A DNA stretch of 32,000 bases, taken from assembly GCA_963718915.1 (NCBI GenBank), contig CAVRAI010000015.1, positions 540,001 through 572,000 on the forward strand, written 5' to 3'. Of this stretch, positions 14,711 through 23,103 are shown in pieces. The notes beneath the pieces are model-generated. The model made no database searches. It worked only from the letters and a program-made list of their open reading frames with translations, and had not been told where the DNA came from. The stretch's first letter is position 1. Every line of letters begins with the position of its first letter. The position numbers were made by a program, and so were the translations under genes. This DNA comes from an uncultured Chloroflexia bacterium (GTDB taxonomy: Bacteria; Chloroflexota; Ktedonobacteria; Ktedonobacterales; JADMIN01).

Positions 14711-15356
14711 GGCCGCAGGTCGTTGTACCACAACGTGGGAGTTTCCCGTTATGAAAGCCCAGGATCCCTCATTATCGCAGCGTGACCGCACTGAGTATCT
14801 GCGCCGCTACCGCATGTGCGGCGGATTCCACCTCGCGACCTGCTATCCCTGACTACCTTGAGTGCTGCCGTGTCATGGCGTTTCGCATCTCACTCCCTGA
14901 CATTGCAAGAGACGGTCCGCTCAGTCTCTCCGGCTGGATTCGCGGGTCTTCGGCTGCATAGCTGACACGGACAATCCACCACCTACCTGTCGTACCGCTT
15001 CCCTGCGCGCCTGACCTATTGATGCATCTCGCGCCAGGATAGCACCAGTGATTATCGTCGGCACATCAAGGTTTCGATTCGGCGTGTGTTCCGCCCAATA
15101 GTTGCGCCCGTGTACGCAGAACGGGTCGCGGAGGCGCATTTTCCGGTTCTCCGGAGTCTCTCAGTTCGCTGTAATGTGTGCGATTGCCACCATCGAGCAG
15201 GTATTCGCATACAGTCGTATTGCTGTATCTATCAGCTCACACGGTGGCGGCGAGCGAATGGTAATGCATTCCATGAGAGCGCGCCTGGTTTCCCGCATTT
15301 CCTGGGAGCCGCACATCCATAGCCGAATATGTCACATCTGCGCATAAAGGGAGTTT

Positions 15357-16890
15357 ATGAGTACCCACCAGGATTCGAAGATTCAGCAGGCTATCGCTAC
15401 CTCACGTAAGTATCTGGACGTCATTCACAGCAAGTCGCTTGAGCGCGCGCAGGCGGAAGAGTTGATTCGCACGACGCTGCGTAACTTTGCCGAACACTAC
15501 AATCCCGGATTTCTGGACTACCGTAAGTCAGTCACCGAGGGCGGTGACTTTGCCTCGGTTGAATGGAGTGGGCGTGGCGCAACTTTTGTCGACGCGCTAG
15601 GCCGGACGTATCTCGATGCGCTGGGCGGTTACGGGCTGTTGAGCCTTGGCTGGTCCCACCAGAAGGTCGTTGACGCGGTGAAGGCCCAACTCGACCGCTC
15701 GCCGATGCCCACGCAGGAGTTGCTCGACTGGCCGCGCGGCATGCTGGCTGATCTGCTGACGTCCATTGCGCCAGGCGACCTGCAATATGCGTTCTTCGTC
15801 TCCAGTGGTACCGAGGCCGTTGAGGGCGCCATGAAGTTCGCCAAAGCGGCGACGGGCAAGTCTGGCTTCATCGCGGCGGTGCGCGGCTTCCACGGCAAGA
15901 CGGCGGGCAGCCTCAGCCTGATGGGCAAGGCGAAGTTCCGCAAGCCCGCGATGCCTTTGCTTAGTAACGTCTACCATGTGCCCTATGGGGATGCCGACGC
16001 CGTCGAGCAGCAACTGCGCATCGCCCAGGAGGTCGGCAACGATATCGCCGCGGTGGTGATGGAGCCGGTGCAGGGCGAGGCAGGCGCCATCGTTCCGCCA
16101 GATGACTTCTGGCCGCGACTGCGCCAGCTCTGCGATGAGTATGGCGTGCTGTTGATCGCCGACGAGGTGCAGACTGGCCTTGGGCGCACGGGTGCGCTCT
16201 GGGGTGTGAATCACTGGGACGTCGTGCCTGATATCATCACGGCGGCCAAGGCGCTCGGCGGTGGTGTGATGCCCATTGGCGCGTTCATCGCTGGGCCGAA
16301 GGTCTGGCAAACGTTCATCGACGATCCGTTCTACCATACCACGACGACGGGCGGCAATCCGCTGGCCTGCGCCGCCGCGATTGCGACGATCAATGTCGTG
16401 CTGGAAGAGGATCTGCCACGCCAGGCCGCCGAAAAGGGCGACTATCTGCTCGCAGCGGCTGCGACCAATGGCCGAGCACTACGACTCGATCTATGACCGC
16501 ATCACCGGTAAGGGCTTGCTCATTGGCCAGCACTTCCGCACGCCAGAGCTGGGCTACGCGGTTTCCGCGGGTCTCTTCCGCCGTGGCGTGCTGATCTCGG
16601 GCACGCTGACGAGCGCGCAGACTGTGCGCATCGAGCCGCCGCTGGTCATCGAGTATGACGAGATCGATGCGATTCTCGACCGGCTCGAGGATACGCTTCA
16701 GGACATGAGCGCGGCGCCGGTGACGGGCGAGGTGCTCCAGTTTTCTGTCGTGCCCCCCGCTGCTCCGGTGGCGGTGGCTAGCAACGGGCATGGCAAGGCG
16801 CACGGACGGGCGCGCACATCCTCCAAAAGCGGCGCGCGTCACGCCACGCGCACAACCGAGCGAACCCTGAGCGAGACCGCCGTCCGGTAG
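15357..16890 (+). pseudogene. patA: putrescine aminotransferase-like class III aminotransferase, reading frame broken by a +1 shift near 16452
   Basis: Frame A (15357-16496) carries NPGFLDYRKSVTEGGD, DEVQTGLGRTG and AAKALGGGVMPIG (PLP Lys) up to AAEKGDYLL, then runs into nonsense and a stop. Frame B (from ~16453) continues with RLRPMAEHYDSIYDRITGKGLLIGQHF...TVRIEPPLVI, the expected C-terminal third of the same enzyme. Skipping g16452 restores one ~511-aa protein. Confidence 0.75.
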
Positions 16891-17026
16891 TGGACTGGCG
16901 GAGCGGTTATGAGTGGTGAAGCGGAGAAGCGTCGAATGATGCCGCATCCGCCTCACCATTTTCTTATGCGCCGATGCGGCGAGACGGATGATAGACGAGA
17001 CAAGAGACGAACGAAGGGGTAGTTGA

Positions 17027-18226
17027 GTGCATATCGTAGTTCTGGGTGGTGGTGGCGCGATGGGGCGCATCACCGTGCGCGCGCTCGCCGAAGACGCGCG
17101 GGTGAAGCGTGTGACAGTGGCCGATCTGAGCGAGGCGGCGGCACAACGGACGATAGACTGGCTGGAGCAGGGCCGCGAGAAGGCAGTGGGGACGGCGAGT
17201 GATGTGCGCGACGCCGACGGGCTGGCGAAACTGCTCGGTGGGGCGGATGCCGTCCTCAACGCCACCGATTACCCCTTCAACCTCGATGTGATGCGCGCCG
17301 CGCTCGCCGCGAAAATCCCCTATGCTGACCTCGGCGGACTCTTCCATATGACACGCAAGCAGTATGAATTGCACGGCGCGTTTGCCGAGGCAGGGCTGAC
17401 GGCGGCGCTTGGCATCGGTAGCACGCCTGGCATCACGAACGTTTTGGCGCGCGTGGCAGCCGATCAGCTCGGTACAGTCGAGCGGCTGGATGTCCGTATT
17501 GGCTCCGCCGATCTACGCAGTGGCGATGTCCCCTTCGCGCCGCCCTACTCGATCCGTACCATCCTCGATGAATGTTCGCTCGAACCGATGGTCTTCGCCG
17601 ATGGCAAGACACACGCCGTCGCGCCGCTCACCGGCCAGGAAACTATCAATTTTCCCGCGCCTGTTGGCCAGATGATCGCGATGTATACGCTCCACTCGGA
17701 GGTGGCGCTCTTCCCTGTCTCCTTCGGCGAGCGCGGCCTGAGACACGCATCGTTCAAGATTGCCTTCCCACCAGAGTTTCTCGATCAACTGCGCCTGCTG
17801 GTGGACCTTGGCATCGCCAACACCGCGCCGCTTGCCGTGCGTGGCGCGCGGAAAGGGCAGACGGTCCAGGTCGCCCCGCGCGAGGTGCTGGTGGCGCTCT
17901 TGCAGCAGCGCGCAAGCATGCTGCCCGCGGGCGAGCCGAACGACTGCGATGTCTTGCGGGTGGTGGCCGTGGGTACGCAGGGTGGCGTACCAATGGAGTT
18001 GACCGAGGAGATGGTTGTGTTACCCTACAAGCCGTGGGGCATCGGCGCCGGTGATCTGGATACGGGCGTGCCGCTGGCCATCGCCGGTATCTTGCTGGCG
18101 AGCGGTGAGGCACGGCTGCCAGGCGCGCACGGCGCCGAGCGGGTCTTTGATCCGGCGGCGTTTCTGCGCGAGTTGGCGCGCTATGGCATGCATGCGCATG
18201 AGACGCTGACCCGGGCCATCAGGTGA
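17027..18226 (+). CDS. saccharopine dehydrogenase family NAD(P)-binding oxidoreductase
   Basis: GTG start 8 nt after GAAGGGG. N-terminal Rossmann HIVVLGGGGAMGR, ~400 aa, with overall Sacchrp_dh_NADP/C-like organisation. The substrate is unknown. Confidence 0.65.
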   Translation: MHIVVLGGGGAMGRITVRALAEDARVKRVTVADLSEAAAQRTIDWLEQGREKAVGTASDVRDADGLAKLLGGADAVLNATDYPFNLDVMRAALAAKIPYADLGGLFHMTRKQYELHGAFAEAGLTAALGIGSTPGITNVLARVAADQLGTVERLDVRIGSADLRSGDVPFAPPYSIRTILDECSLEPMVFADGKTHAVAPLTGQETINFPAPVGQMIAMYTLHSEVALFPVSFGERGLRHASFKIAFPPEFLDQLRLLVDLGIANTAPLAVRGARKGQTVQVAPREVLVALLQQRASMLPAGEPNDCDVLRVVAVGTQGGVPMELTEEMVVLPYKPWGIGAGDLDTGVPLAIAGILLASGEARLPGAHGAERVFDPAAFLRELARYGMHAHETLTRAIR

Positions 18227-19470
18227 CATGCTCCCTACGGCTAAAAGCCGGGGGCTTCTCAGGCGACGTATGTCCCACTGGACTGCGTTAACGCCTGACG
18301 GGCCTGCCCGGCCCGAAGAATGTTCAGTGCCGCGTTCTCATCGCGGTCCAGCACCAGCCCACAGGAGGGACAGGTATGGGTCCGTACCGACAGACTTTTC
18401 GGCACGCGCTCCCCACAGCCGCTACACTCCTGGCTGGTGTAGTGCGCAGACACCGCGATCACTCGCCTGCCAGCCCATGCTGCCTTGCCTGCGAGGATGG
18501 TGCGGAACTGGCCCCAACTGGCATCGCTGATGCTCTTGGCGAGATGGGGATTGCGCACCATGTTGCGGATCTGCAAATCTTCCAGATAGATGGTGTCATA
18601 GTGACGGAGCAGCTTCAGCGCGGTCTTGTGCTGAAAGTCGCGCGCTGCCGCTGAACCGTTTGATACGTGCGCTTCAGGAGAGCTACTGCCTGCGGCGGCG
18701 TTTGCTGCCTTTCTTCCGCCGCGCTACCCGCCGCTGCGCTTTGGCGAGTTGCCTCTCAGCTTTGCGGTAATGGCGCGGGTTCTCGACGCTCCCCCCATCT
18801 GCGGTGATGAGGAACACCTTCAGCCCCACGTCAATACCGGTCTCGCGACCGTTGGGGACAGTGGCGCCGTGGGTACCTCGGCACAGGAGATGCATGCATA
18901 CCATCCATCCGCTTCCCGGCTGAGTGTCACCGTCTTGGGGACACCTTCCAATGGGCGATGCAAGCGGATGCGGATGCGCCCATTCTGGAGTGGCTGAGTA
19001 CTCCTCCATCCAACACAGCGCCACCACCATACTGTGGATAGGTGAAGCTGTTATAGCGGCCCCAGCCCTGGAAGCGCGGATAGCCGGACTGCTCACCAGC
19101 TTGTACGCGGCGGAAGAAATCTCGGTAGGTACGTTCCACGCGCAGGATTACGTCTTGCAAGACCTGGGCATTCACATCGGCGTACTCAGGGCAGACTGCC
19201 TTGAGATCCGGCAGTTCTGCTTTCTGCTGGTAGTAGGTGGCAGCCTTCCCCTGACCGCGCGCCCACCACGTCTTGCGCTGTTCGAGTGCGACGTTGTAGA
19301 GCATGCGACAGCGCGACAAGACCGTTGCCAACGCCTGTTCTTGCGCTGGTGTTGGGGTCAGCCGGTACTTATAGGTTTTGCGTACGCTGCTGCTCTGGTG
19401 CTCCATATCCACCTATTCTGCCTGACTGGCATACAAGTGTCAACTATGGTACTATCATGGCCATTGCGGA
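18227..19470 (-). mobile_element. decayed IS200/IS605-family (IS1341-type) element carrying only a tnpB remnant
   Basis: A tnpB-homologous sequence runs over 18259-19412. The 3' flank (minus strand) GAAGCCCCCGGCTTTTAGCCGTAGGGAGCATG (18258-18227) is a hairpin-containing end typical of such elements. It abuts the TGA (18224-18226) of the neighbouring gene. The left boundary is not resolved. Confidence 0.55.
18259..19412 (-). pseudogene. tnpB: tnpB (RNA-guided nuclease-type OrfB) pseudogene with at least four frameshifts
   Basis: The N-terminal piece is KTYKYRLTPTPAQEQAL...YPRFQGWGRYNSFTYPQYGG. A third frame reads GRIRIRLHRPLEGVPKTVTLSREADGWYACISCAEVP. GRETGIDVGLKVFLITADG (RuvC-I) is in another frame and ends at a stop after RRRRQ. 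Then AVALLKRTYQTVQRQR, then RDFQHKTALKLLRHYDTIYLEDLQIRNMVRN...CSGCGERVPKSLSVRTHTCPSCG (zinc ribbon), each in a different frame. Confidence 0.85.
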
Positions 19471-19547
19471 CTACCGGGCTTTTGTACATGATAAGCAGGG
19501 AGTCGGGGAACGCTAGACGCTGACGATTCAGGGAAGGCAGGGAAGAG

Positions 19548-19787
19548 ATGCGCGTGATGCGCCAGATTCTGGTTGGGCTTGGCCTTATCGTGATCGGTGT
19601 TGGTGGTGTAGTCCTGGCGCAGGGGATCGTCATCTTGACCGGGAGCCAGCCGGCAATGGTCGAGGCCGTCGCCATCACTATCCTGGGCGCGCTGCTCCTG
19701 GTTGGCGGCGTCGTGCTGCTGGTCAAGGGCATTCGCAAGCGCGCGGAACTGGCTGGGGGAGCGCTGGCGGCTGAAAGCCGCGCCTAG
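19548..19787 (+). CDS. small two-TM membrane protein, function unknown
   Basis: 79 aa. ATG follows GGGAAGAG. Two hydrophobic helices (ILVGLGLIVIGVGGVVLA and AITILGALLLVGGVVLLV). Lies between the tnpB remnant and the RAYT-like gene. Confidence 0.5.
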   Translation: MRVMRQILVGLGLIVIGVGGVVLAQGIVILTGSQPAMVEAVAITILGALLLVGGVVLLVKGIRKRAELAGGALAAESRA

Positions 19788-19800
19788 GGGCGTCGCCACA

Positions 19801-19820
19801 AAGGCGGCCTGCGCGGCCTT
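19801..19820. repeat. REP-like hairpin, family 2 (inverted copy upstream of the RAYT-like gene)
   Basis: AAGGCGGC-ctgc-GCGGCCTT. Its reverse complement, AAGGCCGCGCAGGCCGCCTT, resembles AAGCCCGCGCAGGCGGGCTT at 20264-20283. Confidence 0.5.
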
Positions 19821-19846
19821 GATTGAAAAGAGAAAGAGGCGACAGC

Positions 19847-20311
19847 ATGCGCCGGGCAGGCATCGCTGTCTATGTGCATTTTGTATGGGCGACCTGGGAT
19901 CGCCTTCCCTTGCTCACCGATGAGATTGAGCGTCAGGTTCATCGCGCAATCGCTGCAAAATGCGCGAAACTTGGCGCTGAATTGATCGCTCTCGGCAGTG
20001 TAGTGGATCATGTGCATCTGCTGGTGGGCTTGCCCGCAACACTATCTCTCGCGGAATTCGTCGGCAATGTGAAAGGCGCGTCTTCTCACCTTGTTACTCA
20101 TAGGGAACTTCCCGACGGGGCATTCTTCAAGTGGCAGGGATCGTATGGCGCTGTCTCGGTTAGTCCTGGCTTGCTCGATGTGGTGAGCGCGTATGTCGCT
20201 GGCCAGAAAGAACATCACGCGGATAATACACTCAATCTCGACTGGGAACATATTCCTGAATTCAAGCCCGCGCAGGCGGGCTTTGTGGCCGAACGTGAGC
20301 GAGGCCCTTAG
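19847..20311 (+). CDS. IS200-like / RAYT-type HUH (Y1) transposase
   Basis: ATG 19847 lies 7 nt after AAGAGG. VYVHFVWATWDRLPLL, HUH motif DHVHLLV, WQGSYGAVSVS and YVAGQKEHH (catalytic Tyr region). The last 16 codons (EFKPAQAGFVAERERGP) are encoded by a REP-like repeat. Confidence 0.8.
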   Translation: MRRAGIAVYVHFVWATWDRLPLLTDEIERQVHRAIAAKCAKLGAELIALGSVVDHVHLLVGLPATLSLAEFVGNVKGASSHLVTHRELPDGAFFKWQGSYGAVSVSPGLLDVVSAYVAGQKEHHADNTLNLDWEHIPEFKPAQAGFVAERERGP

Positions 20312-20359
20312 ACGCGGGTTCACCCGCCAGTCGGAAGGGCGCGGGTTTACCCGCCAGCC
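20264..20359 (+). repeat. REP-like hairpin cluster, family 2 (overlaps and follows the 3' end of the RAYT-like gene)
   Basis: AAGCCCGC-gcag-GCGGGCTT (20264-20283) plus TGTGGCCGAACGTGAGCGAGGCCCTTAGACG. Then two direct copies: GCGGG-ttca-CCCGC-CAGTC (20314-20332) and GCGGG-ttta-CCCGC-CAGCC (20341-20359). Confidence 0.75.
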
Positions 20360-20382
20360 AGTCACAAGAGGAGACCCTACCC

Positions 20383-21849
20383 ATGCGCGAGATGTGGATC
20401 AATGGCGCGTTGCGGGCAGGCGCTAGCGGGCAAACGATCCCGGTGCAGGATCCCGCCACCGAGGAAATCATCGATCATGTGCCAGCGGGCAATGCCGAGG
20501 ACGTGCGCGCGGCGGTTGACGCGGCGAGCGGGGCGTTCCGCGACTGGCGGCGGCTCTCGGCTGGCGAGCGCGCCGAGATGCTGCACGAGGTGGCGGCGAA
20601 GCTAACCGCCAAAACAGAAGAACTGGCCACACTGCTCACCCGCGAAGGCGGCAAGCCGCTGGTCGAGAACCGTGACGAGATGAGCTGGTCAGCGGCATGC
20701 TTCCGCTACTATGCCGAACTGGGGCGCAACACGCGCGGGCGCGTCATCCCCTCGATTGAGCCGTCGCAACTGGCGCTGGTCCTCAAGGAGCCGTACGGCG
20801 TCGTTGGCGCCATTGTCCCGTGGAACTATCCAATTCTGCTCATGACCTGGAAGGTCGCGCCCGCGCTGGCGGCTGGCAACACCGTCGTCATCAAGCCGAG
20901 CGAGATGACGCCGCTCTCCACGCTGGCCCTGGCTGAGGTGTTCGACCACCTGCCGCCGGGCGTCGTCAATATCATCACGGGCTACGGGAAAGAGGCGGGC
21001 GAGCCACTGGTGCTCGATCCGCGCGTGCGTGTCATCGCCTTCACTGGCAGTCTGGAGACTGGCAGGCATATCGCCAGAATCGCCGCCGACCAGATCAAGA
21101 AGCTCCACCTGGAGCTAGGCGGCAAAGACGCATTCATCGTCGCCGAAGACGCCGACCTCGATATTGCCGTGCCTGGCGTCGCCTGGGCCGCGCTGCTCAA
21201 CACCGGTCAGGTCTGTACCTCCACCGAGCGCGTCTATGTTCACGAGGGTATCGCGCCGCGCTTCATCGAGCGCATCGTCGAATACACGCGCGGGCTGCGG
21301 CTTGGCTCTGGCCTGAACCCGGAGACCGATGTCGGCCCGATGATCGGCGCGCAGTATCGCGCGAAGGTCGAGGCGCATGTCGAGGACGCACGCTCGCACG
21401 GCGCGCGCATCCTCGCGGGCGGGCAGCGGCCAGCCGGGCAGCCGCGCGGCTTCTTCTACGAGCCGACGGTGCTCACTGGCGTTGACCATTCGATGCGTAT
21501 CATGCGCGAAGAAACGTTCGGCCCGACTATCCCTATCATGACCTATCGCCACTTCGACGAGGCGATACAACTGGCCAACGACAGTCCCTTCGGCCTTGGC
21601 GCGAACCTCTATACCCACGACGCCCGCAAAGTGAAGCAGTTTTACGAGGAGGTGCAGGCGGGCACGCTCTGGGTCAACGATCCGCTCACCGATAATGACG
21701 CCGGGCCGTTCGGTGGCATGAAGTTGAGTGGCAACGGGCGCGAGCTGGGCGAGGAGGGTCTCGACGAGTTCCGAGAAACCAAGCATTTGCACTGGGATTT
21801 CGAAGCTGGCGCGAAGTCGTGGTGGTTTCCCTACGGCCGCAATGGGTAG
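20383..21849 (+). CDS. NAD(P)+-dependent aldehyde dehydrogenase
   Basis: 488 aa. RBS AGAGGAG. ELGGKD (catalytic Glu), GQVCTSTERVYV (catalytic Cys), the FTGS..G and PWNYP motifs, and EETFGP. Confidence 0.9.
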   Translation: MREMWINGALRAGASGQTIPVQDPATEEIIDHVPAGNAEDVRAAVDAASGAFRDWRRLSAGERAEMLHEVAAKLTAKTEELATLLTREGGKPLVENRDEMSWSAACFRYYAELGRNTRGRVIPSIEPSQLALVLKEPYGVVGAIVPWNYPILLMTWKVAPALAAGNTVVIKPSEMTPLSTLALAEVFDHLPPGVVNIITGYGKEAGEPLVLDPRVRVIAFTGSLETGRHIARIAADQIKKLHLELGGKDAFIVAEDADLDIAVPGVAWAALLNTGQVCTSTERVYVHEGIAPRFIERIVEYTRGLRLGSGLNPETDVGPMIGAQYRAKVEAHVEDARSHGARILAGGQRPAGQPRGFFYEPTVLTGVDHSMRIMREETFGPTIPIMTYRHFDEAIQLANDSPFGLGANLYTHDARKVKQFYEEVQAGTLWVNDPLTDNDAGPFGGMKLSGNGRELGEEGLDEFRETKHLHWDFEAGAKSWWFPYGRNG

Positions 21850-22171
21850 CGCTTGTTGGCCGGGCGTCCGGGAATATATCACCATGAGATGAGTATGGCT
21901 AAGGGAATTCGTACAGACTGTCCAATGGAAACTAGCGCAGGGTACAGGTGATGCGAGTATACTAGGGCAACCACATGCATGCGACGGGCCGTGTGGCGGC
22001 TGTGAGCGAAAAGGCGCTTCGAGCGTACATTTTAGGTACAGCGCGTTCTCGAGCACACGCACACATCCGCCTATACAACGCGGAGGTCGCATGGCTTTCG
22101 CGCTCTTTCGCGCTTTTGTGCTGTGATTTTGTGCTCCGAGCACCAGGCCCATTCCAGTTTTGGAGGACCGC

Positions 22172-22987
22172 ATGGCCAACGCAGAATGGCAGTCCCCCCC
22201 GCTAGCATCGCAATCCGGCGCTCCACCGGACCCGACCCAGAGCGCTCTGATGATCGATGTGCGCAAACTCAACAAGTTTTTTGGTGAGCGGCATATCCTC
22301 AAGGAGATCGATTTTTCGGTTCGGCGCGGCGAATGTGTCGCCATCATCGGGCCGAGCGGTTCTGGCAAAAGTACGCTCATCCGCTGTATCAACTACCTCG
22401 AAACGCCCACCACTGGCGAGATCATCATCGATGGCAAAACGCTGCACGGCGAACTCTCACATCGCGAACTCAGCGAAGTCCGTCGCGAACTGGGTATGGT
22501 CTTCTACAACTTCAACCTCTTTCCCCATAAAACGGTGATGGAAAACATCACGCTCGCCCCAATCCAGGTACGCAAGATCCCCAAAGCTGACGCGCAGGAG
22601 ACCGCCCGCAGACTGTTGGCAAAGGTGGGTCTGGCGGATAAAGAGGATTCGTATCCAGGCCAGCTCTCAGGCGGCCAGAAGCAGCGCGTGGCAATTGCGC
22701 GCGCGCTGGCGATGAATCCGAAGGCGCTGCTCTTCGATGAGCCAACCTCGGCGCTGGATCCGGAACTGGTGAGCGAGGTGTTGCGCGTCATGCGCGAGCT
22801 GGCCGAAGAAGGGCGCACGATGGTGGTGGTAACCCATGAAATGGGCTTCGCGCGCTCGGTGGCGGATCGCGTCGTCTTTATCGATCAGGGCCGTATTGTG
22901 GAGCAGGGCGATCCTGAACAGGTGTTTGCCCATCCGCAGCATGAGCGTACCCGTAGCTTCCTGGATCGCGTACTTCATCCAGTGTAG
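22172..22987 (+). CDS. amino-acid-type ABC transporter ATP-binding protein
   Basis: ATG 22172 lies 5 nt after GGAGGA. Walker [10 protein letters not shown], signature [15 protein letters not shown], Walker [13 protein letters not shown]-loop VTHEM. Polar amino-acid (GlnQ/HisP-like) subfamily by overall look. Confidence 0.9.
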   Translation: MANAEWQSPPLASQSGAPPDPTQSALMIDVRKLNKFFGERHILKEIDFSVRRGECVAIIGPSGSGKSTLIRCINYLETPTTGEIIIDGKTLHGELSHRELSEVRRELGMVFYNFNLFPHKTVMENITLAPIQVRKIPKADAQETARRLLAKVGLADKEDSYPGQLSGGQKQRVAIARALAMNPKALLFDEPTSALDPELVSEVLRVMRELAEEGRTMVVVTHEMGFARSVADRVVFIDQGRIVEQGDPEQVFAHPQHERTRSFLDRVLHPV

Positions 22988-23103
22988 GGTGTATGTCGAG
23001 TCGGGAGCAGTGTGCTGCCATCGAAGGCATTGGCTGGCCAATGCGCCTCACATGAGGTGAGGGATCAGGACTTCATATTTGTTTGTAGAGAGGTGAGTCG
23101 AAG

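Noticed and set aside
16437-16470. Programmed ribosomal frameshift in the aminotransferase gene.
   Set aside because: There is no slippery heptamer, no homopolymer, and no downstream stimulatory structure that I could see. A mutation or a sequencing indel is more likely.
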